A DNA stretch of 63,747 nucleotides, counting the filler, from Sphacelaria rigidula (taxonomy: Eukaryota): NCBI GenBank assembly GCA_964200075.2. It is 7 parts of 7 records of this genome, joined end to end, with 100 filler letters (N's around TTAATTAATTAA, not from the genome) between each part and the next. Parts side by side here need not be neighbours in the genome. Positions count along the whole stretch, not along the records: positions 18,245 to 27,265 come from CAXNAA020009488.1; positions 27,366 to 36,386 come from CAXNAA020009489.1; positions 36,487 to 45,507 come from CAXNAA020009490.1; 4 more parts are not named here. The stretch is one strand, 5' to 3'. The notes under the pieces were generated by a model. The model ran no database searches. It had not been told where the DNA came from and saw nothing but the letters and a program-made list of their open reading frames with translations. Position 1 is the first letter of the stretch, and the number at the start of each line of letters is the position of its first letter. Shown piece by piece: positions 24,901 to 38,039 of this stretch. A program made the position numbers and the translations under genes.

Positions 24901-25437
24901 CCACTGGCAGCACCCTCGCTGTCATTTTCATCAACGCAGTCCGCATTCCGCACATGCGGCACCGCTGTCTCCGAGTGCGCAGAAGTCCTGCGACCATTGA
25001 AAGTGACAGGCGCAGGGATCCCAGTGCCAGGTGTGTGGCCCCGCCGGGGCGACCAGTATCACTGCCGTTACTCCCGCTGACGGTACTCGCGTTACCGCTG
25101 CCTCCAGTTCGTTGTACGTCGTGACGGTACCGGCATTTGTCACCCCCCCCCACCGACAGTGACCGCAAGTCTAGAAATACGAAGCATAGTTGGCTTCGCC
25201 GAATTCGTGTCACCGTCGATTCTCCGCTGTTTCCGGCAGCGGTGCCCCCTGTCGTCGCCACGTGGCTGCCGGCGCAAGCGCCGCCCCCCTACCCCTCCCA
25301 CCAGCATCACTGCTACTTTCCGTCCCCATCCCTATTGGCGCGTCAACATACTCGGCTCGCACCGTTCTCACCGCGTCACCCCCGGTTTCGATGAACGAGC
25401 GTAGCTGAGGGATGGCGAACACAGGCGGAAATGGCAA

Positions 25438-25872
25438 AAACACGGGGTTTTACAAATTGGGGATGGATCTTCTAGTGGGGATCAGAGCCCGGAGAATTAA
25501 AATGTTCGTACGCACACCAAATCTTCGAAGTATACTTCCATTTCTTCACTTGCCGGTAGCTATTGACAACTAGTACACGCCGTACACATTTGGATTTCGA
25601 TAACCGAAATGTCGAGGTCCTACGTGAAAAACCATTTTGGGGGGATTCTAGGTGTCCGATCGGACGCCAATACTGGTTCTTCACCTAGGACCCCGACATT
25701 TCGGTTATCGAGATCCAAATTTGTATGGTGTGTAGAAGCTGTCAATAGCTACCAGCAAGTGAAGAAATGGAAGCATACTTCAAAGGTTCGGTGTAGATAC
25801 GAAGATTTTAATTTTCTCCGTTTTTTTTTTCCCAATAAATGATCCATCCCCAATTTGTAGAATCCCGTGTTT
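25438..25872. mobile_element. 435-bp foldback element (MITE-like)
   Basis: TIR AAACACGGGGTTTTACAAATTGGGGATGGATC. Interior also inverted to the centre. Confidence 0.8.
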
Positions 25873-26329
25873 GAAGCGGTGGAGAACAGTTCTCATCATA
25901 TATATGCTGCGAACACTGCACCAGGGCATCCGACCACTTGCCAGAGGCCGGAGTGAACGATGAGCAGAATGGTTCCAACAGCCGCGGGCTGGGTCATCAT
26001 GAAAAAATTAGCGTTGGTGTATGGCCGGAATGCGGAGGTCATCCTCGCAAACGCTGCCGGTAGCGCCTCCGTCCGCCCGGCGCATAACGCCTCCTCTGCA
26101 CCAGATGGCACCCCTACAGCAGCACTCAACAAGCGCCCGAATGCCTCGCTCGACAATCTCAATCGATCCAGCAAGGATGTTCCGTCGCTTGCATCGGAAC
26201 CCGCTGCGCCGCAGGGCATGATGACCGCAATGTCGATGAGTGAAACCATTCGCAATATATTTGCAAACTTCTGCGGTACATGGATCGATGCGCGTAGTTA
26301 TTATTATTATTACATTACTCCCCTGTAAT

Positions 26330-27107
26330 TCACCTGGGGTGAGGGATTGTGCCCGGATGCTTACCAGTCAAGAGCCACCACTTGCTCGAGGATGCGTCAT
26401 AGCTTAGTACGCGATTCGGCACTTCATACTTGCGTCCTTGCTCCACCTCAATCCACGTTGCAGCTTGATAAGTAGCAGCATCCCACGGTTGCAAATTCCC
26501 CCAACCGACCCCGTCGCCACCTTTTGTGGGTCGACAGTGTCTCACCCGTCAGCGGGGAAGAGTGGTACGGTCGGTAATGATCCCGGTGTACTGGAGTAAC
26601 CGGTCTCACCGTCACTCCAACCGGTGTCCGTAACTCCTGTACACCCGACCACTCGGATCGTGGGGCCGGCACGCTTGACTACACCACCGCCAAACGGCTT
26701 CGTGACGACGGTGTCACGTCATCACTAACGCGGCCGAACGGCCGAGCCGCGTCTGTGACACTACCCCTGATGGCCATGTCGGGTAGATTGCCATCGTCGG
26801 GGCGGCTGATAGAGCCAGCCCCCGGTGTGGCCAGACGGTTCGACGCTTCCTCCACCCGACGATCCGCCGGGTTGTTGTTCGCAAACTGCATCGCCCAACT
26901 TCCTACTCACGCATTGGCATCATCCAATTTAGTCGCTACGCGGTCGACGTGGTTGCTCACGCTGTCCAAAGAGTGCCTCAAATCAGCAACCCGAATGTCG
27001 AACGCCGCGATTTGTTGAATCGTAGCTTGCGGAAGGCCCACAGCTCTTCCCTCCTCGATCCGTTGAACTCGGAAAGTTCCATCCCGATAATGAAGATTCG
27101 CCACCAC
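26330..27107 (-). pseudogene. Interrupted coding-like region, possibly a retroelement gag-like ORF
   Basis: Consecutive minus-strand ORF pieces, mostly in one frame, broken by stops, with a coiled-coil-like segment. No diagnostic motif. Confidence 0.25.
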
Positions 27108-27265
27108 CTGTAACGGACGCGAAACAAGTCCCGTGTATTGACTCCAGCCATGACGTAGGTTTGGGCTCCTGCTGGGCAGTAGACTTCTGGGGGGGGTTGT
27201 TGCTCTCCCCCACCATCCTTGCGTTTAACAACAAATTGTGAGAATTGAGGTTTAACTTCGAGATG

Positions 27266-27365
27266 NNNNNNNNNNNNNNNNNNNNNNNNNNNNNNNNNNN
27301 NNNNNNNNNTTAATTAATTAANNNNNNNNNNNNNNNNNNNNNNNNNNNNNNNNNNNNNNNNNNNN
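27266..27365. other. Contig-join spacer
   Basis: N44-TTAATTAATTAA-N44. Confidence 0.98.
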
Positions 27366-27949
27366 GGATGAGATAAGGGGCTCCTAGCAATTCTAATATC
27401 AGAAATTATTTCTGCACCCCTACCGTAGCACCACTCCAAAGTGTTCCAAGCGCATAGTTTTCTCATACGAGCAGTAACTTGTCGAAATATGTTCCGTTGT
27501 TCGAGCAGTGTTCGACGCCGATGCCCGAAAAGTTTCGTTTTGCTGTTGAACAATTTCTTCTGATGTTCAACTGGACCTTGAAATCACAGGCAAATTCAGC
27601 TTTATCCTGGACGCTTATGCCAAAAAGGTAGAGTCAGAAAGTCCTGACAATTGTTGAAAGCTATGACAGGGACCATGGAGGGAAAAACTAGTCGGACAAA
27701 GTGAAATCATGTGACTATAGGCCCGAAAAGCCGAACCGTATAAGAACGACGACGAAGCTCTAATGTTGGCTGAGGTATGTCTGTTCCACGTTTGGCGATA
27801 AGCTGATGAAGGCTTTAAACTCCAGCCTAAGCCCAGAAGGCGTAGATCAATCTTCAGTCCCGGGTGTGCAAGTGGAGGACATGGTGAGAGCGGTGTGAAG
27901 AGGGGGACAAGTACCGTACGGTGAGCAACGCCAGGTTCCGAAAACGGTT

Positions 27950-29900
27950 TCTTATCAAGAATGGGCGTGGATATCGTGTGTGCGATCAACGTTTTACGTG
28001 ATCCCGCTACGAAGTTCGGCAGATCTTCACCGTTGGAGGTACCAAAACCCGCGTTACGCGGTGGGGCTGGTGGTAACATTGAGGGGGAGGCAGCTTGACT
28101 TTTTATAGATGCAGGGGCGCCGATGGAACTTATGATATGGCAAAGCTACTGTCATCGGTAGGATCAATAAAACGCACCTAGCCGAGCCACCAGAAGTTGT
28201 CGCTATCCTTGAACCCCAAATATGCTTCATCAGAACAACAGATATCTGTGAACGTTTTCTTCCATGTGGGGCGTGAGACACACGCTGGTGGCCATAGGTC
28301 ACGAAGTGCAGACGCTCGACATGGTTTAGCTCGCTAGCTGCGACGCCACGGCGCGTGCTGTGGTATTCCGTGTTGCGCGCGAGATCCTATTCTTGATATC
28401 CCGTACGTACAATATACGGAAATAGCAGGGCGAAGCAGCTGGAGGTCGGATTATAGTTCCCAGAATGCTCGACGAAGGCCTTGCCAGTGAGTCTTATTCG
28501 TGATTGCAGCCTGGTTACCGGTAATTTCAAACACTTTCAGACGCAAGGCTCTATCAGTAACGCCATCAGCAGTCACGTGCTAGGATGGTGACTTCATTGA
28601 GTAGCTGTCAAGCACATATTGGGTGAGGCCAGCAGGAAGGTGCTTGGACATGTCATGAGTGTGGTGAGGACTAGTGCAGCGTTTGCAGGGAAGCACAGAA
28701 ACACGGAGTCTGACATATATTCCATGGAAAACTTTCGACAAGTCAAGAGAAAGGAGCTTGTCGCCGACAGTCCATCCGTCTGGAGCCATCCGTGACTGAC
28801 CTACTACAAGGATCTTGCACAGGCCTGCCCAATTCAGTGAAGCTGTGCCGTGAGAACCATATTGTCGGTCCGCTTACTAGAGCTTCGAGGGGGGTGGTCG
28901 CCAGATGTATTGTAGATCCAAACCCAATCGAAAACCGTCGAGCTCGGGTGCTTACGCATGAGGCTATGCAGAGTGGTGTACCCTCGTACGATTTGCGAGT
29001 CATTGGTCGCGTGGTGCTCACGGGATGAGTGAAGTATACGATTGTCGCGGGTGAGAACGACTCAGTTTACGATAGAAGATCTGATCCTGGACCAAACCTG
29101 ATTTATGACCCGTTCCACGCGCGACGTTTGAGAATGGCGACTCGTAGTCGAAGATAATGTTCAGCGCGGAGTTCATTGGGAGCAAATCCCGTGGTCAATA
29201 TCCTATGGAAGAGATAAAGGTCTCAACCATTTTCACGGTCGTTCACAGCCAACGAAAACATTTGGGCCATCATGTGGTCAACCTTCTCAGTGCCATCATG
29301 GTTATTGATAGGGTGGCGGGCGCTCATAGCGATCTCGCGGGTACCCATGAGACCTTGTACAGGGGGGTAAAGAGGTCCGCGCGAAATGTTTGACCGGTAT
29401 CAGGGAGGAGTCGTTTTGGCTGTGATGGTGTTTAACGTAGTCGTGCTCAAGGATGTCGGATGCGCCGGTTGCCGTGACATCGCCCAGTTGTTACCGGGTG
29501 TATAGCCGCATGGCAGCTTAAACGCTCATTGAACAGCGAATGTAGGTATTGCCGCGATCCGTAACTGGCCGAGGATAACCCAGTCGAAGGACACAAGATG
29601 GTCAGTTTTATTTGGTAGTGCCGAAAAAATAAATGACCGGCCAGCGCGCTGTTTGACGGGATCGAGGTATTTCGTGTTTAGCATGTGAAGCATCGACGTA
29701 TCCAGAAACGGTTGTAGGCTTCCATGCCGATCCATCGGTTTAGTTGTTTGAGCATCGCCAAGATACGGACAACACCTACATGGCAAAAAAATCGGTGTCG
29801 CACGGTTTCATGACTCAGGGGCGTGTCAGCAAAGGGACATATACACGTGTTGGCTCTTCATCGAGCCAAGATATATGACGACCCGTGACAGTCGCCGAGC
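27950..29900 (-). pseudogene. Decayed Ty3/Gypsy integrase and C-terminal region
   Basis: Frameshifted integrase core SARHP..HDGTEKVDHMMAQM..AVND. C-terminal GDKLLSLDL...HLPAGLTQYVLDSYSMKSP and THWQGL..WE. Boundaries approximate. Confidence 0.7.
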
Positions 29901-30576
29901 GTGTACCCGGCGCAGGCATGGTGCGACGTACACGCGACGATTCGCCAGAATTCGCCTCGAAGCGTTCATCTTTGCGTAGGAGTTTGTGGACTTTGCCAAC
30001 TAAGGGCGCAGTGAGAGTCCCTACCGAGGGGAGGATATCTGACGGGAACGGAACAGCACAACCCAGTTATAGGCACTTGAATGCTGCAGGGCAAACGGGT
30101 TCCACTGATTGTTCGTGAGTCTAATCGCGTTGAGAATAATTCACGAGGACTTCTCGAAGTTGTCCTTCCGCTGGTGATCCAATCAAAGAAGGCGGAGGGG
30201 AAACGATGGGAGAGGCGATGGGATAGAGATATCAATGTCGATGTCTGGATCAGAGTTGGGATCAGCGTTGTCCGTGCCAGGGCAAGAAGGTCGAGGGGTG
30301 GGTTGCGGTGCCTGGAAATGGGGGCGGCGTAGTAATACGCGGCGGGCGCACCTAGCGGCATGAGATGCGCACATGAGTTATAGGGGCAAGAGTCGCCGAA
30401 GCCCCCGCGGTAGCTGGCGTGAGTGGCGGGGTCGGTTTCGGTCGCGACCCGCACAATTTAACGCAACCGGCAGCACCAGGATCATCTTCTTCATTCGATT
30501 CCTAAATTAATTTCACGCTCGGAAAAGAGCACGTCACAATCACTGTTTGAACACACTAAGCCGCTATGCACCATCC

Positions 30577-31345
30577 CCATCTAATATGGATTTCGGCCAG
30601 TACAGTATCGTTTTCGATGCAGCACAGTTCACGTCCACCCGACCCCTTGTGGACCGTACAGTACATATAGCACAGTACACGCGCAGCCCAGATAGCACAG
30701 ATGGGTACGCCATTACAAGTACACGGCAGGCGCGGGAGGCACCGTACACGTCCAGCTTGCCGTCGCCCATCTAGTACAGATTCGGGACAGTACAGTATCG
30801 ATTCGTATGCTGCACAGTTCACGTCCACCCGGCCCCTCGTCGCCTGTACAGTACTTTCAGCACAGTACACGCCCATCCGACCCGGCCCTTCGCCGCCGAC
30901 ACTGTACACTTGGGAGCGTAGCACAGTAGAAGTGCCGGTGAGATGCGGCACCGCACAAGTCCCCCTGGCCTTCAGCCGCCTGTAGAGTACAGAGTGAGAC
31001 TGGCGCAAGCTCACGTCTACTCAGTTCTTCGCCGCCCACACATCACAGGTGGGGGCGTTAGCACAGTGCACGTGCGGATGACGCGACGTACACGCCCGTA
31101 AAGCACTTACCACACAGTACACGTCCACTCGGCTCGGCCCTTCGCCGCCGATACAGTACACTTAGGGGCGTAGCACAGTACAAGTGCTGCCGAGTCGCGG
31201 CACTGCACAAGCCCACCTGGCCTTCAGCCGCCTGTCGAGTACAGCGCGGGACCGGCACAAACACACGCCAGCCCGGTTCTTCGCCGCCCACACAGTACAG
31301 GTGGGGGCGTAACAGTACACGTGGGATGACACGAAGCACAGCACA
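30577..31345. repeat. Complex nested direct repeats rich in CACAGTAC
   Basis: ~105-bp block at 30577 and 30767, ~225-bp block at ~30860 and ~31112. Confidence 0.7.
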
Positions 31346-31724
31346 CGCTCGCCTGTACCCACGCAGCACCACAGAGCCCTATGTTATGCCAGAAACCCTG
31401 TAGCTGGAGTACGCTTAACCCCAACTCAATACATGACGATCCCACAACATACATACCGCCCCGCTCATACGTTGTTCGTACTAGTCTAGCCAGCCCCTTC
31501 ACACGAAGCCCGTGTGACACAGCTCATGCGCAGTACTCAGCATTTGTACACGCGGTTTGTGAGTACACCAGCCCACCACTTCTGCTGAATGAAAGCGAGA
31601 ACGATACAACCTGAGAGTTCGACAGCACAACAACAGCCGCCCGACCCCGTTCGCCCGACCCGTCACATGTTGTATCCCTAACACTGTAGTTTGAACTAAA
31701 GCTGAGCCAAGCAGCGGCGGACGC

Positions 31725-32455
31725 TCATGTTCTTAGGGATGCACGCTCCACGGCCCTCACGCGAGTCACGGACCAACTCGACACCATGTTCGCCCATCTA
31801 GCTGCGATGGAGCAGTTGGCCGAGGGGCAACCCTCACTCTGTCGCGAGATGGAGTGGGTGCGGAACCTCCGCAACGATATTGAGGAGAGTTTCGCGCGGC
31901 GTTCGCCGGTTTTAACTGCCCTGCTCCTCAACAAACAGTTCAACGCCACCTCCTCCCAGCGCTCGCTGGCCGCAACCAAGGTTTTCAAGGCAGAGATCAA
32001 GGACATAACGGCGTCCATGGGCAGTAAGCACGCTGCCTTAGATACCGCCCCGGGTTGGTGCCCCGACCTTCGTGCGGGGAGAGAGTCCAGGGCTCTGCTG
32101 AGCCAGCCGACCCAATACCACTCACCCTACCATCTCCAGCCGCCCCCAACACATCCGTGCCTGTCCTACCAGCCTGCGCCATTTTCTGGTGTCGCCAACC
32201 ACTACGGCCCCGGCGAACCCTACGCAGCGGGGGGGGCGGAGAGGGAGGAGACAGCGCAGTACCCGCGGCGGTGGCAGAGGAGGAGGTCGAGGAGGTCCCG
32301 GGAGAGGCAGTGGCCGGGGCTCCGGAGCACCACCCCAGCGCCAGAAGTGCATCGACGCGGGTCAGCCCGCGAGCCACCCCTACGTCCATTGCCCGCTCAC
32401 AGTCTGTTGGCAATGTATAAAACCGCGACACCTCGCTAAGCACTGCCCCGGATGA
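31725..32455 (+). pseudogene. Gag-like ORF of DIRS-type element (frameshifted)
   Basis: Helical region, RGG-rich tract and knuckle CWQCIKPRHLAKHC upstream of pol. Confidence 0.6.
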
Positions 32456-33149
32456 TACAGTAGAATTAAAGACTGATTCGTTAAGATAGTATAGGAAACC
32501 ACGCCCTGTTTGCGGTAGCTTCCGCCATAGGACACTCGGGAACGTGTCGACTCCGGCCTTGTTCTGTTCTGTATCATAGGTTAATGGGCGAGACATATCT
32601 TGCGTATCGTTCCAAGGGATGGAATAAACGCTAATTGAATACTGTTTGCCGCTCTGTTGCCCCGATGGCGAGTTCGGCTCGGATTATTTGTGCCACGCTA
32701 CACATGATGCGGCCCAGTTCGGCGACCGGCCGAAACCACGGCTGTATTACAGGATACCCGAGCGGGATTTTTACTTTTCCCCACAACACACGAGCATTGC
32801 ACACTCTCCTCTCGCAACACCATACCCCGCGCAGCTTACTTATGCCCTCTATATCCTATATATGTACTGGAAATAATACTAAGCCGCTGTAATCTAGTCC
32901 ACAACAAATGACCCCAAAGTGTCATGTTCACCCTGAAGATGGAATGAGTGCCGGATGATCTGAAAACGTCCTCATCTGGCATAACGCAGCCCCAATGCCC
33001 TGCCTGCAACCCTTTGAACCTCGCTTTCACTCGTGGCTTGGACTCTGGTACGCAGTGGGATACGTGGAAGCGCTCGCTTCGAATAAAAAAGTAAAATTTC
33101 TGTTGAGTCTAAAATATCCTTACATACACGACACATCCGTCCAACGATT

Positions 33150-35445
33150 TTGAATTTGATTGTATGCTATACGCGTCTACAGGACCAACCAGGCCTGATA
33201 GTTTTTCTGGCAGAAAGATCCAGACGTACGAACGCGGTGCATACATACTTTCGTACAGACCAAACGGTTATACAACGAAACCGAGCTTCAGCCCATAGGG
33301 AGCGCATGATCCAGGATCTCTCTGCGAACCAGATCCAGGAAGGCTGGGAATAAGGAGAACTGCCCCAAGCCCCACGACAAGCCCCTGTATACAACGAGAA
33401 AGGCTTTGTTTCAGGGCATCTGAGCACGGCAGTCTCGTTCTGGAAAAATGTTATTCTGGAGGACCACGTGGATTAACGGTGTAGACATACACACATTCGT
33501 CGACAAATTAACGACAGGACGTTTCCAAGGACGCCCCTTTCACGGCGCCGACCAGACGGATGTGGAGTTACCCAACCATGTGAATCCAGAACACCAATTG
33601 TTTGTCGACTGCGAGATCAGAAAACTTGTCGATAAAGGCTGCGCGGTGCGATGGGCGGAGACAACAGACGTTCACGCACAACCCAAGCCACGCATGTCTC
33701 TCCCGCTCGCAGTAGAACCGTCGAAACCACGCTTAATATGGGACGACCGTTGGCTGAACCCCATGCGCAAGGATATGCCGTTCAAGATGGACGGAGTAGG
33801 ACAGGTGGCCCAGTGTTCGTGGCAAGGTGCTTACCAGGTTACGATGGGCCACAAATCAGGTTTTTACCATGTGCCCCTCGACCCCACATCATGGGAATAC
33901 TTCGGTGTTGAGTGAAAGGGCGAATATTACGTCTGGACTGTCCTCTGTTTCGGTTAGTGCAGTTCTCCCTACATCTACCACACACTGAGCGAGGCGGTGG
34001 CACAATACCTACGATCCCGACAAGTACCAGTACTGGCGCGGATCGACGATTTCTGGCTGACGCGAGTCCGCTCGACAAAATATGACCCACCTGACACGCA
34101 GAAACAGGCAGCAAGCTCAGCAGCCCTCCTGGCGCTATCAATCTTCTATCATTGTGGATACTTCATGTCCATCTCCAACTGCCAGCTAGAACCCACTACG
34201 AAAATTGTGTTCTTGGGAATTCTGTGCGACACAGACAACTACCGGTTTGAAGTCCCCGAAGATAAGCTCGTCAAGTTAGAGCGCATCATAGACTATGCCC
34301 TTACTACCGGAACTATCACGTTCACCATGCTTGAGAAGTTGGTGGGGAAGTGCACAAGCATGTCGGTCGCAGTACCGGCAGCCAGTTTGTACACGTTCCA
34401 CATGTACAAACAGCTCGCGATATACAGAAAGACGGGAGGAAAACATATCACAGCAGTGGTAAATCTCTCTGTCAATGGTGATCTTCGAAACGAGATAGTC
34501 ACATGGCGGGGACTCCGAGACAACATGAATGGGGTGGCTTGGTACAGCCCTAGTCACCACATCATCGCCATAAACGGCGCGACAGACACCTCCTCACTTA
34601 CATGGGGGGGTATTGTTCGAGGCCCCTCCGGCGTCGCCTTTACAGCGTCTACCGACGTTCCCGCCGAATGGGCGACAGCGTACATCAATGTCAAGGAAAC
34701 GTTCGCACTGCACGAGGTCCTTAGACTGTTCTGCTTAGAGCAAGCTCATCAAGTGACGGGGACTAGTCTATCAATAAATGTCGACAACAAAACCGTGTAC
34801 CATGTCCTCAAGAAAAGTAAAACCAGGGACGAACGCATGTACACACTCATCCAACAGCTATTCTGGATGCAAGTCAGAGAGGACTTCGCACTCACGTTAC
34901 GATGGGTAGACTCAAAGACGAACTCAGAGGCAGACAGCCTCTCAAGACTAGGAGCCAACGAGCACGTGCGGCTGAGAGCAGAATATTTTGACCAGTTACG
35001 GTTCGAGTGGGGCGGGTTCGACATGGACCTGATGGCATCCACAGCATCAGTCCAGAAGATTCCAATGAACGCACCGGGTGGGGGAACAGTTCTGCCCTTT
35101 GAGTCGAGATACCATACAGCAGGAACACACGGGGTAGAAGTTCTTAGCTATGACGTTAGCCGCTCATCATATCGGACGCAGCAGTGCTTCGGGTTTTGTT
35201 CCCCCCCCCGGTGATGGTCGGACTAGTGCTTCAGTACATCGCAGATTGCCATGCCCGTGCGGTTGTAGTGGTTCCAGCGAGACCGGCATCGTAGTACCCT
35301 ATGCTCACAGAAGCAGCAGTACGTACCAAGCTTGTATAAAGGGGAGAATCGGCAGTTTTTTCGTACCCACCATCAACGAGGACAGGAGGCGTTCGTATTT
35401 CATGACTGGGACATGCACACAGTTCAAGTAGATTTTCAAACCTGA
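33150..35445 (+). pseudogene. DIRS-type retrotransposon pol: RT, RNase H, Dam-like methylase domain
   Basis: RT motifs KPRLIWD, KSGFYHV, LCFG*CSSP, RIDD. RNase H motifs TDTSSLTWGG, INVKE, VDN, NSEADSLSR. MT-like FDMDLMAS...FCSPP...AVVVVP. Stops and frameshifts present. Start approximate. Confidence 0.88.
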
Positions 35446-35661
35446 TGAATGAATGGTATTCGGCATGACCCTTTACTGCAAAGTTTCACAAGGGATGCTC
35501 TGCCCTCTAAGACGACAATTACACGCGTGAAGTACCCGAGAACCACCTGACGAATGCTCTTATCGCGCGACCATTTCAACACATCCAGACGCTCCTAATG
35601 CTCCTTGCTTTGGTGCAACTGTTACTAGCACGGATAACAACGATGCTTGCCCACCTATGCC

Positions 35662-35887
35662 TGTGACGCCAGCAGGTTGCTAGTACTGCAGCGTCTAATA
35701 CTGTTAAGGGACTCCCCAGTTCCACTGGCCTCATGTGTCAGTTGTTAGCCTTCATAACACCTTTTACTATCCTGGAGTGCCACACAAAAAACATTCTCCA
35801 TAAACCACATCAGGGTATCACCCCTGTGTCCATGTCATCATCCATATCATCACTATATATTCAACGTGACGGCGTGATTTCGTCACA
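35662..35887 (-). repeat. 3' LTR of chromovirus, 226 bp
   Basis: TGTGACG...CGTCACA termini, with a G5 tract just upstream on the minus strand. Confidence 0.75.
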
Positions 35888-35965
35888 GCACCCCCAAAGC
35901 GTGTTGGACGAGAATCGAGCAACAAGCTTGACACTCAGAAAAATAACGCCAAACGATTGAGCAAG

Positions 35966-36386
35966 TCACAACTGAGTATCAAACTCACGCGTAATGCGAG
36001 CAGCAATGGAACGAGTCACTCGCACCTTACGCAGCTCCTTCTTGAGAAATTCCGGAGCTGCCTCGAAAATATTTTTAAAAGGTTCCCACGTACGCTCCTC
36101 GACTGCAAAACCTGCCCAGTGGACCAATACGATCAACGAACGATCCTCTGCCTCTGCCACGCGAACAATCCCAGCCATCTGAAATTGCCCCTGGTTGAAG
36201 GCGTGCTGAAACACATCCTTCATGTCTGCCGTTACATTAAGCTGTGAGTCTGCATGAAAACGCAGACGAGCTACATGGGCGGTCTGAACACGACCCGAAA
36301 CAGTGTTTTGGATCTCAAACACATGCGGGTGATAAGCACCAACCACTCTCCACGGACCAGTCCACATCGCCATCAATTTAGGCGTA
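35966..36386 (-). CDS. Gypsy (chromovirus) pol C-terminus: GPY/F-like motif and chromodomain
   Basis: WTGPWRV...AHVARLRF...LVHWAGFAVEERTWEP. Cut by the contig end. Confidence 0.88.
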
Positions 36387-36486
36387 NNNNNNNNNNNNNN
36401 NNNNNNNNNNNNNNNNNNNNNNNNNNNNNNTTAATTAATTAANNNNNNNNNNNNNNNNNNNNNNNNNNNNNNNNNNNNNNNNNNNN
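36387..36486. other. Contig-join spacer
   Basis: N44-TTAATTAATTAA-N44. Confidence 0.98.
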
Positions 36487-36556
36487 TTGCCTAGCTTACG
36501 TAGTGAGTGGCGTGTTTTACAGCGTCATCGCCAAGCGACGCCAACCCCATCGGGGG
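36487..36556. repeat. High-copy repeat at contig starts (also 45635-45790 and 54728-54812)
   Basis: TTGCCTAGCTTACG...CCAACCCCATCGGGGGT leading into G-runs. Confidence 0.7.
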
Positions 36557-36568
36557 TAGGGGGGGGGG

Positions 36569-36617
36569 CGTACTCGTTTGTTGCTTGCCTTAGTCGTTTG
36601 ACCATCGACCACGCATC
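36569..36617 (-). mobile_element. LINE 3' fragment, short
   Basis: G-run followed by CGTACTCGTTTGTTGCTTGCC. Confidence 0.7.
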
Positions 36618-38039
36618 AGCAAAATTCGTCATCACATGCGGGGTTCTCGTTTGAGGCGAACAAAGAATCTTCATATTTGGGGGCCGAAACATCACTGTGG
36701 TGTATGCGTTGTTGAAGGAGCACATTTCGGAAAACCGCAAGAGGAGTGATCGAAATGTCACAGATGGCAACAGTCGACACAATAGTCCCGGTTGTAGAAG
36801 CGCCTTGATACGGACAAACGGTATAGGAGCCTCTCCACTTGTCCATGCACTAGTTCGTTTTTGCCACTGTCTCAATTGTTATGGTTACCATGATAGTTGC
36901 TCAAGCACTGTGATGACGGATCTTCATAAGACGGGGCATAAAGTGAAATTTCCTACTTCAACCAAGCATGCGGCATATTCACCCTTGTGCAATACAGTAT
37001 GCAATGATTTGTACATACTCGCTCACCATTTATCGCAGGGAAAAACAGTTTTCCAGCACAAGGGATGATCAGTTTAACGAGGAACAGCTCATCCTGAATG
37101 TCAGGGTATCTTGATCTCAGCTTCAGGATGGATTCAGTTTCTCTCTTTCAGTGGTATTTTTTTTAATATCATGTCTCAGGTCAGTTCGTTCCCTTCCGTG
37201 GGAGTAGAAACCAGGGGGCCGGCTCTCATCGATTCTGAAAGAGCCGAGTTCAAGGCGGATGTAAAGAGGCATGTTTATGTAACAGTCTTCGTACGGGCTC
37301 AAACATCTTCCCCCCTGACTGCGGCACATTGCCAGTTCCCGAGTCAGCCCTTCGGGACTTTTCCATCAGATTAGATGGGCCCATCATTGTACTGCCCTTC
37401 CTCCATGTATGCCGCGATCCATAACTCCTCCTCTCAGGCCTAGGGTTGACAAACCCTGGGGCTGAACGTGGTTCGACGATGGATCGCCGCGTTACCACCT
37501 TCCTCGTCCTAGAGTATTCGGCGTTGGTTTCGTGTAGCCGTCGATCTTAGTCCGTTTTGCCGAGTTAGACCACGTAGGGAATTTGAACACCGTGCAGAAC
37601 AATCTCAAAAAGTCTCGGCAACTCCCGCTCTTATGGATCTCTCTGCCGGGTTAGACCACGTACGGAATTTGAACACCGTACAGATACGATCCCATCCAGT
37701 TCGGAGAAGTCCTTGACCTGTTGACCGCTCTGCTGGGTTAGACCACGTAGGGAATTTAAACCCCGTACAGGAACGATCCCATCCAGTCCGGAGAAGTCTT
37801 TGATCTTGTTGACCGCTCTGGGCTGTCCGTATACCGTTTGTCCGTATCAAGGCGCTTCTACAACCGGGACTATTGTGTCGACTGTTGTCATCTGTGACAT
37901 ATTGATCACTCCTCTTGCGATTTTCCGAAATGCGCTCCTTCAACAACGCATACACCACAGTAATGTTTCGGCCCCCCAAATATGAAGATTCGTTGTTTGC
38001 CTCAAACGAGAACCCCGCATGTGATGACAAATTTTGCTG
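36617..38039. mobile_element. 1.4-kb element with ~210-bp terminal inverted repeats
   Basis: 36617-36825 is the near-identical reverse complement of 37830-38039. No TSD seen. Confidence 0.7.
37564..37823. repeat. ~87-bp tandem repeat x3
   Basis: GTTAGACCACGTA at 37564, 37650 and 37737. Confidence 0.85.
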
